A model generated the notes under the pieces. That model was not told the origin of the DNA and did not search any database. It was given only the letters and a program-made list of their open reading frames with translations. This document shows positions 26,004 through 36,353 of a stretch of DNA of 64,000 nucleotides, piece after piece. Within the stretch, counting starts at the first letter, position 1, and every line of letters begins with the position of its first letter. The translations under genes and the position numbers were made by a program. This stretch comes from Nannocystaceae bacterium ST9 (GTDB taxonomy: Bacteria; Myxococcota_A; Polyangia; Nannocystales; Nannocystaceae). The stretch is from assembly GCA_048320885.1 (NCBI GenBank), contig JBLWFJ010000001.1:1541642-1605641 (forward strand), written 5' to 3'.

Positions 26004-28405
26004 TTGAACCATTGCGCGCACGTTACGGCGACGTCAACCGAGGACACAACATCCTCGAGTGGACCGGCCAGGGCAATCTACCATCAGTTTTGTTGGGACT
26101 CACTGACAAACCCACTGGAACCCGGGGCCCTGATGACCGGTGGTGGCCTTCCGTTGGGTGCGGCGCGTTCGAGGGCTGGTGGGCGCTTTGGTGGACCATT
26201 CCCGACCGCGGTGCGCAGCGGGCTGGTATGGTGGAGAGTGAGGTTGCGCTGTGGCCCGTGGCGAGCATTGGAGAGGTGGCAGATCTCTTGCCAGTACTGG
26301 CGACGATGGCTGGCCGAGACTCCATCACCATGCCGAGCGACGATTACCTCGGTGCGATTGTCGAGGCTCTGGTTCGCGGCGGTGAACCCCCGGTGCTCGC
26401 GGATCTCGATGTGTGGCCCGGGGTGCTAGCCGCGCTCTGGCTCAGGTTGTCTCCGACTGACCGGCAAACGTTCTCCGCCCGCGTCGCCATGTTACCACCG
26501 CAGGGGGGCGACTCAGTCATGCCGCCAAGTCTGTTCGTGACAAGGAGTGACCGGACCCTTCAATGGCCTTGCGAGCGGGTCATCACCCAACACACCACGC
26601 CTGCCGAACTATCCCGCGCCGCCCGATGGTTTCTCGATCGCGAGGACCCAACCATCGCTGACCTACTCGACGGGTGTCCAGATCTCGAATGGCAGATGAA
26701 TCGCCTGCCAACTTTGGCACGCGCCGCTGATGAAATCGATCAGATGAATGCGACTTCTGATCCTGTGTACGCCCTGTACGCCCTACGCACGCTCATAGCT
26801 ATCGCACCGAATCCCCTTCACGCGGTTGAACCGAAACGCGCGGCTCTCCGGTTCCTCGGCGCAGGGCTCCCAACTGCAAACCTCCAATTCATTCTCGCAT
26901 TGCGAAATATCAAGGAGTCCGCCGTGCAGACGCTCGGAGATCTGAATGATGGTGTCCGCGCCTGGGTCGATCGGGGGACACCGTCGTTGAACGCAGCAGA
27001 CGCTGCGCGCCTTCTGAGTGAACTCGATCCCGATCGGGCCGAACCCTGGTGGACGGAAACGGTGTCGAATGGCCTTGGCGCTGCATTGCGACTACCGAAG
27101 GGGACTTGGGCAAAGGCCGTGCTGTGCTGGCTCGCGCTGCCGGCCTGCGCCACCGCCCTCCGCGAACTACTACCGACGACAGCGGACGTCGAGGACGCAC
27201 TATTCATGGCGGTAAGCGGCCTTGATTGGACGTCGGAAGCTTCCCCTTTGCTGTTGTCCGAGGTCCGTCGCCGCGGGTGGTCGCGCCTTCATGCCCGGGT
27301 CGCTATCGCGACACAGCCTGCCCGTGAAGCGATTAGGATTCAGCGAGCCTCGCAACTCGACGAGGATCCCGGCCTCGAGGTGATTGTTGAACTCGTGGCG
27401 GGTCAGGATTTGGTGCAAGAGGCCGTTGACAATCCCGATACGCGCTTTGTGGGGCTCGTCGCTCGACGTACCGTTCGTCAACCGGAACTGCTCGCCCCCC
27501 TCGATCCCCAGAACCCTGCCTGGCGCGGGCTGTGGGAGGCACACATCAAGGCCGGCGGTGAGCCCTGGCCTCCACGCGCAGATAGGTCGTTCGTATCGAC
27601 CTGCCTGCTCGACGCAACACTCGATGGTGAAGCGCCAGAATCTCTGTTGCGAAGTTTGGCGAAGGATATGGGACCCTTCGTATTCGGCTATAAGCGGCGC
27701 GCAGCACTTTGGGATGTCCTGCCCGGAAAAGTGAAAGACTCGCTGCTGGCCGCGGCCGCGGCCGTCTTACTCGAACAGGTTGACGCTGGAATCACGATCT
27801 CGCCCGAACCTCCCTTAGCAGCAGCCGCCTTCTTGCGAGCAGCGAATATGCAGCCCCGCCCAACTATTGTGGCCGCACTTCTGAAATGGGACGTGGACGT
27901 GACCGAACAACAGATGATCCACTGGTTGCACGAAGTGACGCCCGAACGTTGGAAGTCTGTCGCGCTACAGATCGGTGAAGAGATCTCGCGTCGGAGGTGG
28001 AGTGAGGCGGCGGCAGTGCTCGCGGATCAGTGGGCCTCCCGCAGCTTCACCAGGCCGGGTGCAATCGCCTGTGCTGAGCTCCTGCCCCGCTGGCGACGAT
28101 GGCGGCTGGGGCTGGACGCCGAGGAGGCTTCACGTTCGACTCTGATCGAGCGGGTGGTAGAGCTGGGAGCGGAGCATGCACCCGATGAGCTTGATATGCT
28201 CTGGGAGCGGGCAGGCGGGAAGCGAAAAGTCCTTCCTAGTGGTACACCGGAAATTCGCTGGCGCGAGGCCGCACGCGCTGCTGAGGGCGGCGCCCTCAAG
28301 AACGGCCTCGTGGAGTTGGTGGAGCAACTGCTCAGTAAGTTACCCTACAACCGCAATCTTCAGGAGCTTGCAGAAGTCCTGAGGAATAACGGACGTCGGC
28401 GATAA
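25999..28405 (+). CDS. Large hypothetical protein (about 802 aa) with W-rich N-terminal domain and C-terminal effector-associated-like module
   Basis: The GTG at 25999 overlaps the upstream TGA. The C-terminus DELDMLWERAGGKRKV...LLSKLPYNRNLQELAEVL is alignable to the C-terminus of 21229..22905. Confidence 0.7.
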
Positions 28406-28549
28406 CGAGTTTAGTGAACAGGAGAAAGGGTTGGCACTCCTCGGCTCGATCAGCGGCTTGGTGATCCCCACCCGATCTTGGCTTCGGGTGGGAGTCTCGT
28501 GCCGGCTTCGCCGGCACGAGCCCCACCAACCGAACGACCGCCCTCCAGC

Positions 28550-30484
28550 TCAGGTCCGAAGAACCCAAGCCTTCAAGCGCGCCGAGTAGGTCACCGCGTT
28601 GGCCCCACTCGCGCCGATCACCTGCCACACCGGCGGCGTGCCGGCGGTGAAGGGGATCGTGTACTCGGTCATGCTCGGCCGGTTGCTGACGAACGCGTGC
28701 AGGTCGCGGGACGGCGAGCTCCCCGAGAGATCATTGACACGCAAGATGGTCTGATTCGCGGTCGCGCCGGTGCCGGAGATCATCAGCTCGAGCACCGCCC
28801 CGATCGCGTTCGAGGGGACCCGCGAGGGGCCGATCGCGATCGGAGCCATCGGGGCGTTGGCCGTGCCGGACAAGAAGATCTCGCGCTCGTCCCCGAGCAG
28901 CAATTCGACGCCCTCGGCATAGCTGCGATAGCTGGCCGCGTACTCGCCCTCGACCACCCACACCGAGTCGACGAGCACGCGCTGCCCGTCGAGCTCGGCG
29001 ACGTCGCCCGCGTAGGGGTACACGCGAACCCGCAGGCGGCGAGGCCCGACCACGCCGCCGGCCAGGCCGTCGAAGCGACCGGTGAGCGAGCGGACTCGCC
29101 ACGAGGTCGGCCCGACGCCGGTGTCCGAGAAGAACCCGAGCCGGGTGCCGCTCGCGACGTCGATCAGATCGATCCGAAACGCGAAGATGTCGGAGTCCGA
29201 GTCGAGGATCTGGTAGCGAACGCCGACGGTGACGCTGCGGACGCCCGAGTCGACGACGAAGTCCTGGTAGACGTGCTCGCCGGTCGAGGCGTTGACGGTC
29301 AGCATGGTCGACGCGCCGCCGGTCACGAAGGGCGTCTGGTGGACCGCGACGAAGGGCGGCGGGACCGAGTTCGACCAGAACAGCGCGCCGCGGCTCATGT
29401 CCGAGTTCTTGAGCCGATTGACGTGCGCGGCCGTGGCCCCGCAGATCGCCCCGCCGTAGGCGTTGACGGCGTAGGCGTTGCCCGACTGCGGAGCCTGAGG
29501 CACGTCGACGACCCCGCGGGTCTCGGGCGGCAGCTCGAGGTAGGTCGGCGTCCAGTTCCACTCGCCGAAGGGCACGCCGGGCTCCGAGAAGAGCGCGCCT
29601 TCGAAGGTCAGGTTCATCGTCGACTCGTCGACGTAGACCGAGCGCCGGCGGGTGCTGCCCTCCTCGAAGTTGCCGGGCTCGAAGTAGCAGCCCTGCACGG
29701 TCACGCCCATCGAGCCGGTGATGCTCAGGCAGAGCGGCGAGGCCTCGACGTTGACGCCGGAGATCACCAGGCCCTGGGCGCCCTGCGGGACGCCGACGTT
29801 GCTGGGCGTGCCGACGATGTGAATGCCGACCCCCTCCTCGCGCGCGCCCTTGGGATCCTTCTCGGTGTAGAGCACCAGGCTGTAGAACACCCGGCCGTTC
29901 TGCAGCACGCAGGCGTTGGTGTGATCGCCGACGTAGATGCCGGTCTGGCAGCTGAACACGTCGAAGCGCTCGACGTAGTTGTAGCCGCTGTAGGGGGTGG
30001 TGCCCGCGCTGAGCTGGATGCCGATCCCGAAGTTGCCGATCACCACGTCGCGCACGCGGTTGAACAGCGACTGGTCGAAGCTGATCCCGATCCCTTGCGG
30101 CGGGGTGTTGAAGTCGTTGCCGACCGGGCCCTCGAGCCGAAAGTGATGCAGCGTGCTGCGGGCGAGCAGGCCGAAGGGCACGGTGTTGGGCGCGAACAAA
30201 AACGCGGGCACCGACAGATCGGTCGGCTTGTAGACCAGGTTGGTCTGGCCCTCCTGGCCCTGGCCGAAGATCTCGGTGCCGACCGGCAGCCAGGGGTTGC
30301 CCTGGTACATGATCTGCTCGAAGTACCAGTCGCCGGCCGGGATCGAGATCCGCCGCGCGCCCGAGTCGAACGCGGCGCGGAACGCCTGGGCGTTCTGCAC
30401 GGTCGCCAGCGGGTTGTTGGGGATGGCCCCGAAGTCCGAGAGATTCGCGATGCGTTCGGTACGAAGGATTCGAGTCGCCATCAT
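28550..30484 (-). CDS. Right-handed beta-helix (pectate-lyase-fold) protein, tailspike-like, no signal peptide
   Basis: Start MMATRIL at 30484 (the ORF to 30724 is an R-rich extension). N-terminus ANLSDFGAIPNNPLATVQNAQAFRAAFDSGARRISIPAGDWYF is typical of the Pectate_lyase_3/tailspike family. Gly/Val/Thr-rich beta-helix body. Confidence 0.7.
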   Translation of the reverse strand: MMATRILRTERIANLSDFGAIPNNPLATVQNAQAFRAAFDSGARRISIPAGDWYFEQIMYQGNPWLPVGTEIFGQGQEGQTNLVYKPTDLSVPAFLFAPNTVPFGLLARSTLHHFRLEGPVGNDFNTPPQGIGISFDQSLFNRVRDVVIGNFGIGIQLSAGTTPYSGYNYVERFDVFSCQTGIYVGDHTNACVLQNGRVFYSLVLYTEKDPKGAREEGVGIHIVGTPSNVGVPQGAQGLVISGVNVEASPLCLSITGSMGVTVQGCYFEPGNFEEGSTRRRSVYVDESTMNLTFEGALFSEPGVPFGEWNWTPTYLELPPETRGVVDVPQAPQSGNAYAVNAYGGAICGATAAHVNRLKNSDMSRGALFWSNSVPPPFVAVHQTPFVTGGASTMLTVNASTGEHVYQDFVVDSGVRSVTVGVRYQILDSDSDIFAFRIDLIDVASGTRLGFFSDTGVGPTSWRVRSLTGRFDGLAGGVVGPRRLRVRVYPYAGDVAELDGQRVLVDSVWVVEGEYAASYRSYAEGVELLLGDEREIFLSGTANAPMAPIAIGPSRVPSNAIGAVLELMISGTGATANQTILRVNDLSGSSPSRDLHAFVSNRPSMTEYTIPFTAGTPPVWQVIGASGANAVTYSARLKAWVLRT

Positions 30485-30858
30485 CCACCTGCCTTTCGCG
30501 CGTTGATTCGCGCGCCCGAGAATGTCCAGGGGATCACCGCCACGTCGGCGACGATCGCCTCCCTGGCGAACCATTCGACCAGGCTGGGCGCGGCCTGTCC
30601 GGCGGCGACCAGCGCCGCGTGCAGGGCATTGACGGCGCGCCGATGCTCCGCGCCGTCGCTGGATTCGCGGGGATCGGTCCCGACCACCCGATTGAGGAAT
30701 TCCCGCGAGCCACATTGGTGACAATGCGGCAATTCGATGATGTTGGGATCGCGCGGGGATTCGACGCCGACGCGCAGCCCGGCCCGCGGGAGCTCGCGCG
30801 TGGCGCCGCAGGCGTCGCAGCGCTGATGGATCGATTCGACGGAGATGTTCGTGAGCAT
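30481..30858 (-). CDS. Small zinc-ribbon protein
   Basis: MLTNISVESIHQRCDACG...PHCHQCG (two CxxC pairs). 4-nt overlap with the beta-helix gene. Confidence 0.5.
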   Translation of the reverse strand: MLTNISVESIHQRCDACGATRELPRAGLRVGVESPRDPNIIELPHCHQCGSREFLNRVVGTDPRESSDGAEHRRAVNALHAALVAAGQAAPSLVEWFAREAIVADVAVIPWTFSGARINARKAGG

Positions 30859-30872
30859 GATGTCTGGTCCTC

Positions 30873-31322
30873 TCAATAGGTGATCGTGTAGGTTCCGCGG
30901 ATCCAGGCGTCGGCGTTGGCGGCCACCGACGCCGAGGTGCCCGAGAGCACGAAGCCGACGTCGGTGACCGAGCTGACCGTCGGGAGGGTCGGCCAATCGA
31001 GCTGCGAGCTCGCGGTGATCGTGACCGAGCTCGGCGCCGTGTCGAGCACGGCCCGAAAGCCGATTGCGGTCAGCACGAAGACGGCCCGATTGGCCGTGTC
31101 GGCGGTGTTCTTGGCGCCCAGGCCAAAGGGCCCGATCGTCGGCAATCCTGCGATCGGTCGCCAGGTCGAGGCCGCGGCCAGCACTGCGGTCGCGGTATAG
31201 AGATTCACCCCATCGAGCAGACAGAAATCGCCCAATGCGACCCCGTCCTCGCTGCCGAGCGCGTCGCGTTCGAGCGTCGTGCTCGCCATCCACAGATTCA
31301 GCGTCTTGGTCGTCGTCATACG
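30873..31322 (-). CDS. Hypothetical protein (Ser/Thr/Ala-rich beta-type)
   Basis: Probable start MTTTKTLNLW. About 149 aa with protein-like composition, upstream in the same operon. Confidence 0.45.
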   Translation of the reverse strand, partial: RMTTTKTLNLWMASTTLERDALGSEDGVALGDFCLLDGVNLYTATAVLAAASTWRPIAGLPTIGPFGLGAKNTADTANRAVFVLTAIGFRAVLDTAPSSVTITASSQLDWPTLPTVSSVTDVGFVLSGTSASVAANADAWIRGTYTITY

Positions 31323-31467
31323 GTTCCCTTCGCGACCTCGAATCGTCGCAAATGCGCCGACTCTCGGTTCGAACCAGGGATTCCCGCGTTCGCTCGAATC
31401 GATCGATCTTCGCGAAGAAAGACGCAAAGCGATCAGGTCGCGATCCCGCCGCGAGGCGAGCGGCCGT

Positions 31468-32337
31468 TCAGCCGCCGCCGCAATCGATCGCCGTGAGCGC
31501 CCAACCCAGCCCGATCACCACCACCCACTTGAGCACCCAGACCAGCAAGAAGGTCTTGAGCACCGCGGGCCCGTAGTAGCGCAGCGCCTGGCCGACCGTC
31601 AGCCGGCGGACCATCGCGTCCCAGCTCGGCCGCTCGCGCAGCCGGGCGTACCAGTCGGCGATGTGCGGGCGACGGTGGGCGGCCATGGTCCGGGCGAAGC
31701 CGATGTGCTCGAGCCGGGCGATCACGGCCGTCCAGACCAGATCGGCGAGCGTGTAGCGATCGCCGGCCAACCAGCGGTGCTCGCCGAGGTGGTGTTCGAG
31801 CCCGTCGAGCACCACCTCGATCTCGTCGACCAGCTCGCGGGTCGCGGCGTGACCGGCGACGGCGCGCTCGAGCTGGTCGAGATCGTCGAGCTTGGCCTGG
31901 TAGACCGCGGCGAGCTCGGGCTGCTTGCGGATCAGCTTGCGCAGCTGCTTGCGCTTCTGCTTGAGACCCCAGCGCCGCAGCCAGCGAACCAGGCCCTTGG
32001 TCTGGGCGAGCTCGAGCTCGCGCATCGGCAGGCGATCTTGCAGGTCGACCCAGCGCATGACCTCGTCGGCGAGCTCGGCGGGGATCAGCGTCGGCCCGGG
32101 GAAGCGCCGATCGATCGACTCGACGATCTGTCGCGAATCGGTGACGACCTCGTCGTCGAGGACCAGCGTGGGCACGACCAAGCGCGGGTTGATCTGCGCG
32201 TACCAGGGCTGGAGCTGCTCGTGCGCCGGCCCGATGTTGACGATCGTGCTCTGCCAGGCGACGCCCTTCTCGGCCAGCGCGAGCCGGACCTTCTGCGAGC
32301 AGAGCGATGTCGGGAAGTGGTAGAGCCGAACGTGCAT
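31468..32337 (-). CDS. Glutathione S-transferase-like protein with C-terminal hydrophobic segment
   Basis: MHVRLYHFPTSLCSQKVRLALAEKG (GST N-terminal thioredoxin-like fold), then a helical C-domain and a terminal TM-like stretch. Confidence 0.7.
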   Translation of the reverse strand: MHVRLYHFPTSLCSQKVRLALAEKGVAWQSTIVNIGPAHEQLQPWYAQINPRLVVPTLVLDDEVVTDSRQIVESIDRRFPGPTLIPAELADEVMRWVDLQDRLPMRELELAQTKGLVRWLRRWGLKQKRKQLRKLIRKQPELAAVYQAKLDDLDQLERAVAGHAATRELVDEIEVVLDGLEHHLGEHRWLAGDRYTLADLVWTAVIARLEHIGFARTMAAHRRPHIADWYARLRERPSWDAMVRRLTVGQALRYYGPAVLKTFLLVWVLKWVVVIGLGWALTAIDCGGG

Positions 32338-32595
32338 CGCGCCGCGGGGCTGGGCCGAAGGGCCAGTCGACTCGTCGTCGGTCGCCAGCCGCAGGATCCT
32401 CCCCGCCCCTTCGGCGAGTGCGGGCGCCGGGTCGGCGGAGGGGGAGAGCGGCATGCTGGCAGAGTGTACGCCGCGATCGTGACCAGCTGACCGGCCATCG
32501 GGATTTTGGTCATCCGACCGGCAAAGGTTTCGGTATTGCGTGCGCAGGCCGGGAAATTCGCGCTGGACTCGGCTCTCTATGCTGCCCGCCAGCCC

Positions 32596-33699
32596 ATGTC
32601 CGAAGTCATCGACAGCATCGAAATTGCCCCGGATACCTACTGGGTCGGCAAGCGCGACCCGCAGAGCATCTTCTTCGCCAACCCCTACCTGCGCTGCTTC
32701 CGAGCCGGCGAGGGCGGCAAGCAGATCAACCTGCTGATCGACCCCGGCTCCAACTCCGACTTCGCGGTCGTCAGCGCCAAGGTCACGACGCTGCTCGGCA
32801 ACCTCAAGCGGCTCTCGGCGGTGTTCATCAACCATCAAGATCCCGACGTCGGGACCTCGACGCCGGCGCTGATCAACCGGTTCGCGCCCAAGGCCTCGAT
32901 CTTGTGCTCGGAGGACACCTGGCGGCTGATCGTCCACCTCAGCCTGCCGCGCGAGAACTTCGTCGCGCTCGATCGCTACAAGAAGGGCATGCGGCTGGGC
33001 ACCGGCCACGAGCTGATCCCGGTGCCGAGCCCGTTTTGCCACTTCCGCGGCGCGGTGATGCTCTACGACCCGCAGACGCGGGTGCTGTTCACCGGCGATC
33101 TGTTCGGCGGGCTCACGGCCGCCGACGCGCAGGGCATCTGGGCCGACGAGAGCGACTGGCGAGGCATGCGGGTGTTCCATCAGCTCTACATGCCGAGCAA
33201 CAAGGCGCTGCGCTCGACGATCGCGGCCATCCGCGCGCTCGACCCGGCGCCCGAGCTGCTCGCACCTCAACACGGCCGGCTGATCCGCGGCCGACTGATC
33301 GCCGAGTACATGGAGCGGATCGAGCACCTGCCGGTCGGGCTCGACATCCTCGACGAGGGCCAGGACGAAGCCTCGCTGGTCGGCTGGAACCACGTGCTGA
33401 CCCGCGTGCTCGAGACCGCGAGCATGCTGATGGGACCGCACGCCGAGATCCGCCTGGCCGACGCGCGCGAGCTCGAAGACAGCCTCTCGTTCGACACCGG
33501 CACGCCGCGGATCACCTCGATCGGGCGCTGGACGATCGGCAAGGTCGTCGACCTGCTGATCCGCGGCGAGCCCAGCTCGGTCGCCAACCCGATCAAGTTC
33601 GAGGCGATCGGCGCGGCCGAGGAGCTCGGCCTGCCGGCCCCGACCATCTCGATCGAGGAGCAGGGCGAGTTCGACGACAACGCGTTCTCGATGAGCTGA
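32596..33699 (+). CDS. MBL-fold (flavodiiron/ODP-like beta-lactamase domain) protein
   Basis: LLIDPGS...VFINHQDPDVG metal-binding motif region. Start MSEVIDSI at 32596 (ORF from 32506). Confidence 0.6.
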   Translation: MSEVIDSIEIAPDTYWVGKRDPQSIFFANPYLRCFRAGEGGKQINLLIDPGSNSDFAVVSAKVTTLLGNLKRLSAVFINHQDPDVGTSTPALINRFAPKASILCSEDTWRLIVHLSLPRENFVALDRYKKGMRLGTGHELIPVPSPFCHFRGAVMLYDPQTRVLFTGDLFGGLTAADAQGIWADESDWRGMRVFHQLYMPSNKALRSTIAAIRALDPAPELLAPQHGRLIRGRLIAEYMERIEHLPVGLDILDEGQDEASLVGWNHVLTRVLETASMLMGPHAEIRLADARELEDSLSFDTGTPRITSIGRWTIGKVVDLLIRGEPSSVANPIKFEAIGAAEELGLPAPTISIEEQGEFDDNAFSMS

Positions 33700-33772
33700 G
33701 CGGCAGGTAGGTCAGGGCATCGGCCAGGCGAGGATCGTGAAACCTCGCCGGCCGTGCCAGCATCTCGTCACC

Positions 33773-34621
33773 ATGCTCGAGCTGCGCCCGCTCGCCGAAC
33801 GCGACTTCGACCTCGTTCACGCCGCGATGCTCGACGCGTTCGCGGACTACCCGATCCCGATGCAGCCGCCGCCCGCGGCCTTCGAGCTGATGCTGCGTCG
33901 GCGCGGGGTGGTCTGGCCGCTCTCGCTCGGCGCGTTCGAGCGCGGCGAGCTGGTCGGCTACACGCTGAGCGCTCGAACCGGCACGCTGGCCTACGATCTG
34001 ATGACCGGGGTCCGCCGCGCGGCGCAGGGCCGCGGCGTGGTCGGCCGACTCTTCGCCGCGCTCTGGCCCCGCCTGCACGCCGAGGGGGTCGAGCGCATGC
34101 AGCTCGAGGTGATCACCGGCAACGCGCGGGCGGTCCGGGCCTACGAGCGGCTGGGCTTCGTGCGAGCGCGTCGATTGATCTCGATGAAGTGGGGAACGAC
34201 GATCGATCGGGTCGCGCCGGCGGGCGTGGAGCTGCGCGAGACGACCACGCTCGACTGGTCGACCTGGTCGCGCTGGTGGGACTGCGAGCCGGCGTGGCCG
34301 AGCGGGATCGCGACGGTCGAGCGCTGCGAGCCGCTGCGGGTGATCGAGGCCCGCAGCGAGGGTCGAGCGTGCGGGGTGGCGATCGCGTGCGGCGGCGATC
34401 TGCTGCAGATCGCGATCGCCCGCGAGGCTCGCCGGCACGGGCTCGCGAGCGCGCTGCTCAGCGCCATCATCCAGCCGAGCGCCGGCCCGCTGCGCGTGCT
34501 CAACGTCGATCACCGGGCCGCGCCGCTGCTCGCTTGGCTCGAGCGAACCGGCGCCCAGCCCTTCATCGAGCAGTGGGAGATGACGCGGGCGATCACGACG
34601 CAGGACGCCGGCCGGCCATGA
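33773..34621 (+). CDS. GNAT family N-acetyltransferase
   Basis: Acetyl-CoA-binding Q/RxxGxG/A-like GRGVVGRLF and ...NARAVRAYERLGF. Confidence 0.65.
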   Translation: MLELRPLAERDFDLVHAAMLDAFADYPIPMQPPPAAFELMLRRRGVVWPLSLGAFERGELVGYTLSARTGTLAYDLMTGVRRAAQGRGVVGRLFAALWPRLHAEGVERMQLEVITGNARAVRAYERLGFVRARRLISMKWGTTIDRVAPAGVELRETTTLDWSTWSRWWDCEPAWPSGIATVERCEPLRVIEARSEGRACGVAIACGGDLLQIAIAREARRHGLASALLSAIIQPSAGPLRVLNVDHRAAPLLAWLERTGAQPFIEQWEMTRAITTQDAGRP

Positions 34622-36236
34622 ACCCGCGCGGCGGCACCGACCAGACCTGATCCTCGCGCAGCCCTTCGTTCGAGCAAAACCCGTTGCTGGCCAGCAAGCC
34701 GGCCGTGTAGGCGGCCTCCATCAGCATCGCGGGCAGCGGCAGGGCGACCCAGTCGCCGGCCAGGCGCAGCTCGGGCAGATCGGTGTCGCCGCTCGGTCGC
34801 GTGGCTCGGGTGCCGACGTGAAACGCGGGGAAGTCCTCGCGCACGTACATGGTCTCGTGGACGATCGTCGCGTCGGCCAGCTCGGGGAAGTAACGGTGGA
34901 ACTCGGCGAGGAAGCGCTCGCGCAGCTCGGCCTGGCCCGGGTGCCGCGTGTCGCTGCCGGCGATCGTGGTCTCGCCGGGCAGCTGCTCGGGCACGGCGTA
35001 GCAGTGCAGTTCGAACACGCCGCCTTGCAGGCCGGCGGCGAGTCGCCCGGCGACCCACTCGGCCGACTCGCGCTCGGCTCGGTGCTCGAGGCAGACCGCG
35101 TCGAGCACCTGCTCGCGCTCGGTGATCACGAACACCGGCAGCTCGCGCGGCGTGTCGCGGTCGAGCCACAGACGCAGCACCGCGTAGCGCTGGCCGACCT
35201 TCAGGGCCGCGACCTCGGCCGCGGTCGCGGGCGCGGCCGCGGCCAGCGTGGGCGAGCGCTCGAACATCGCCCGCGTGCCGACCACGTCGCTGGCGATCAC
35301 CAGGTAGTCGAAGCTCTCGTCGGCGATCGTGAAGCGCGTGCGCTCGCCAGCCCGAGCGGGCGTGCAGGCGATCGACTCGACCGGAGTCGAGAGCCGCAGC
35401 GCGACCCCGAGCTGGTCGAGCCGGGCCTGGATCGGCGCCGCGAAGGCCCGAGCGAAGTCGTCGCCGAGGTAGTCGTAGTCGAGCCCGGCGTCGTTGCTCA
35501 GGTAATAGAAGTGGAAGCTCTCGATCAACGCGGCCATCGACATCTTCTCGGCGTCGGCGAAGAACGCCCGCGCGAAGGTGTTGAAGACCAGGCGGAGATC
35601 GTTTGGCAGCCGGGCCTGCTCGGCGAACTGGGCGTAGGAGACCGTGTCCCATTCGGCCCACGTCGCGACCGGATCGTAACGCAGCAGCGCCCGCATCTTC
35701 GGCCCGGTGTGCCGACCCGCGACCTTCCAGAAGTCGTACACGCCCTTGCGGGCCAGCGAGATCAGGTTGATCAGCGGGGTGGTCGCGACCCCCTTGAACG
35801 ACACGCTGCGCCCGTCGAGGGTCAGGATCCGGTAATCGTCGAGCTCGCGGTAGTGGCCGGCGACGCCGACCTCGGCCAAGAACGAGTTCAGGTTGTAGTA
35901 GTGACGAAAGAACGCATGGAACCCGTGGGCCATGCCGATCGTCGTTCCGTCGGGCAGCGTGGTCGGCCACGCGCCGAGCTTGCCGCCCAGCGAGGCGTTG
36001 CGCTCGAACACCACGACCTCGAACCCGCGCGCGGCCAGCTTGGCGGCCGCGCCCAGGCCCGCGAGCCCGCTGCCGATCACCGCGACCTTGCGGGGCTCGG
36101 CGAGCGCGAGCGGCAGGGCCTCGTCGACGACGTTGAAGCGATGGCGATAGCCGCCGAAGCGCCGCTCGATCCAACGGGCGATCAGGCCCTTGCGTGGTGA
36201 CGGTTCGGTCATGACGGGGTCGCGCTTCTCTATCAC
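34593..36236 (-). CDS. FAD-dependent oxidoreductase (amine oxidase / phytoene desaturase-like)
   Basis: Rossmann dinucleotide motif VAVIGSGLAGLGAAAKLAARGFEVVVFERNASLGGK. 547 aa. Confidence 0.75.
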   Translation of the reverse strand: MIEKRDPVMTEPSPRKGLIARWIERRFGGYRHRFNVVDEALPLALAEPRKVAVIGSGLAGLGAAAKLAARGFEVVVFERNASLGGKLGAWPTTLPDGTTIGMAHGFHAFFRHYYNLNSFLAEVGVAGHYRELDDYRILTLDGRSVSFKGVATTPLINLISLARKGVYDFWKVAGRHTGPKMRALLRYDPVATWAEWDTVSYAQFAEQARLPNDLRLVFNTFARAFFADAEKMSMAALIESFHFYYLSNDAGLDYDYLGDDFARAFAAPIQARLDQLGVALRLSTPVESIACTPARAGERTRFTIADESFDYLVIASDVVGTRAMFERSPTLAAAAPATAAEVAALKVGQRYAVLRLWLDRDTPRELPVFVITEREQVLDAVCLEHRAERESAEWVAGRLAAGLQGGVFELHCYAVPEQLPGETTIAGSDTRHPGQAELRERFLAEFHRYFPELADATIVHETMYVREDFPAFHVGTRATRPSGDTDLPELRLAGDWVALPLPAMLMEAAYTAGLLASNGFCSNEGLREDQVWSVPPRGFMAGRRPAS

Positions 36237-36353
36237 GACCCCGCCGACGTGGCGACGAGGTGACGAACCTGGGGTTCAGCGCTGGTTGCGTTGTCGCATT
36301 CTGTTCGCGAAGCCGTGATCGGCCAGTGAAACAATCGGTTCAGATTCGCCGCC

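Noticed and set aside
28478-30724. 747-aa + ORF and 585-aa minus ORF 28731..30488
   Set aside because: Alternative frames of the beta-helix gene. Only the frame with the Pectate_lyase_3 N-terminus and beta-helix composition is credible.
31468-33441. Upstream 368 aa of ORF 31468..33441
   Set aside because: It is in frame but R/A/D-rich and overlaps the MBL-fold gene region on the opposite strand. The GST-like protein most plausibly starts at MHVRLYHF (32337).
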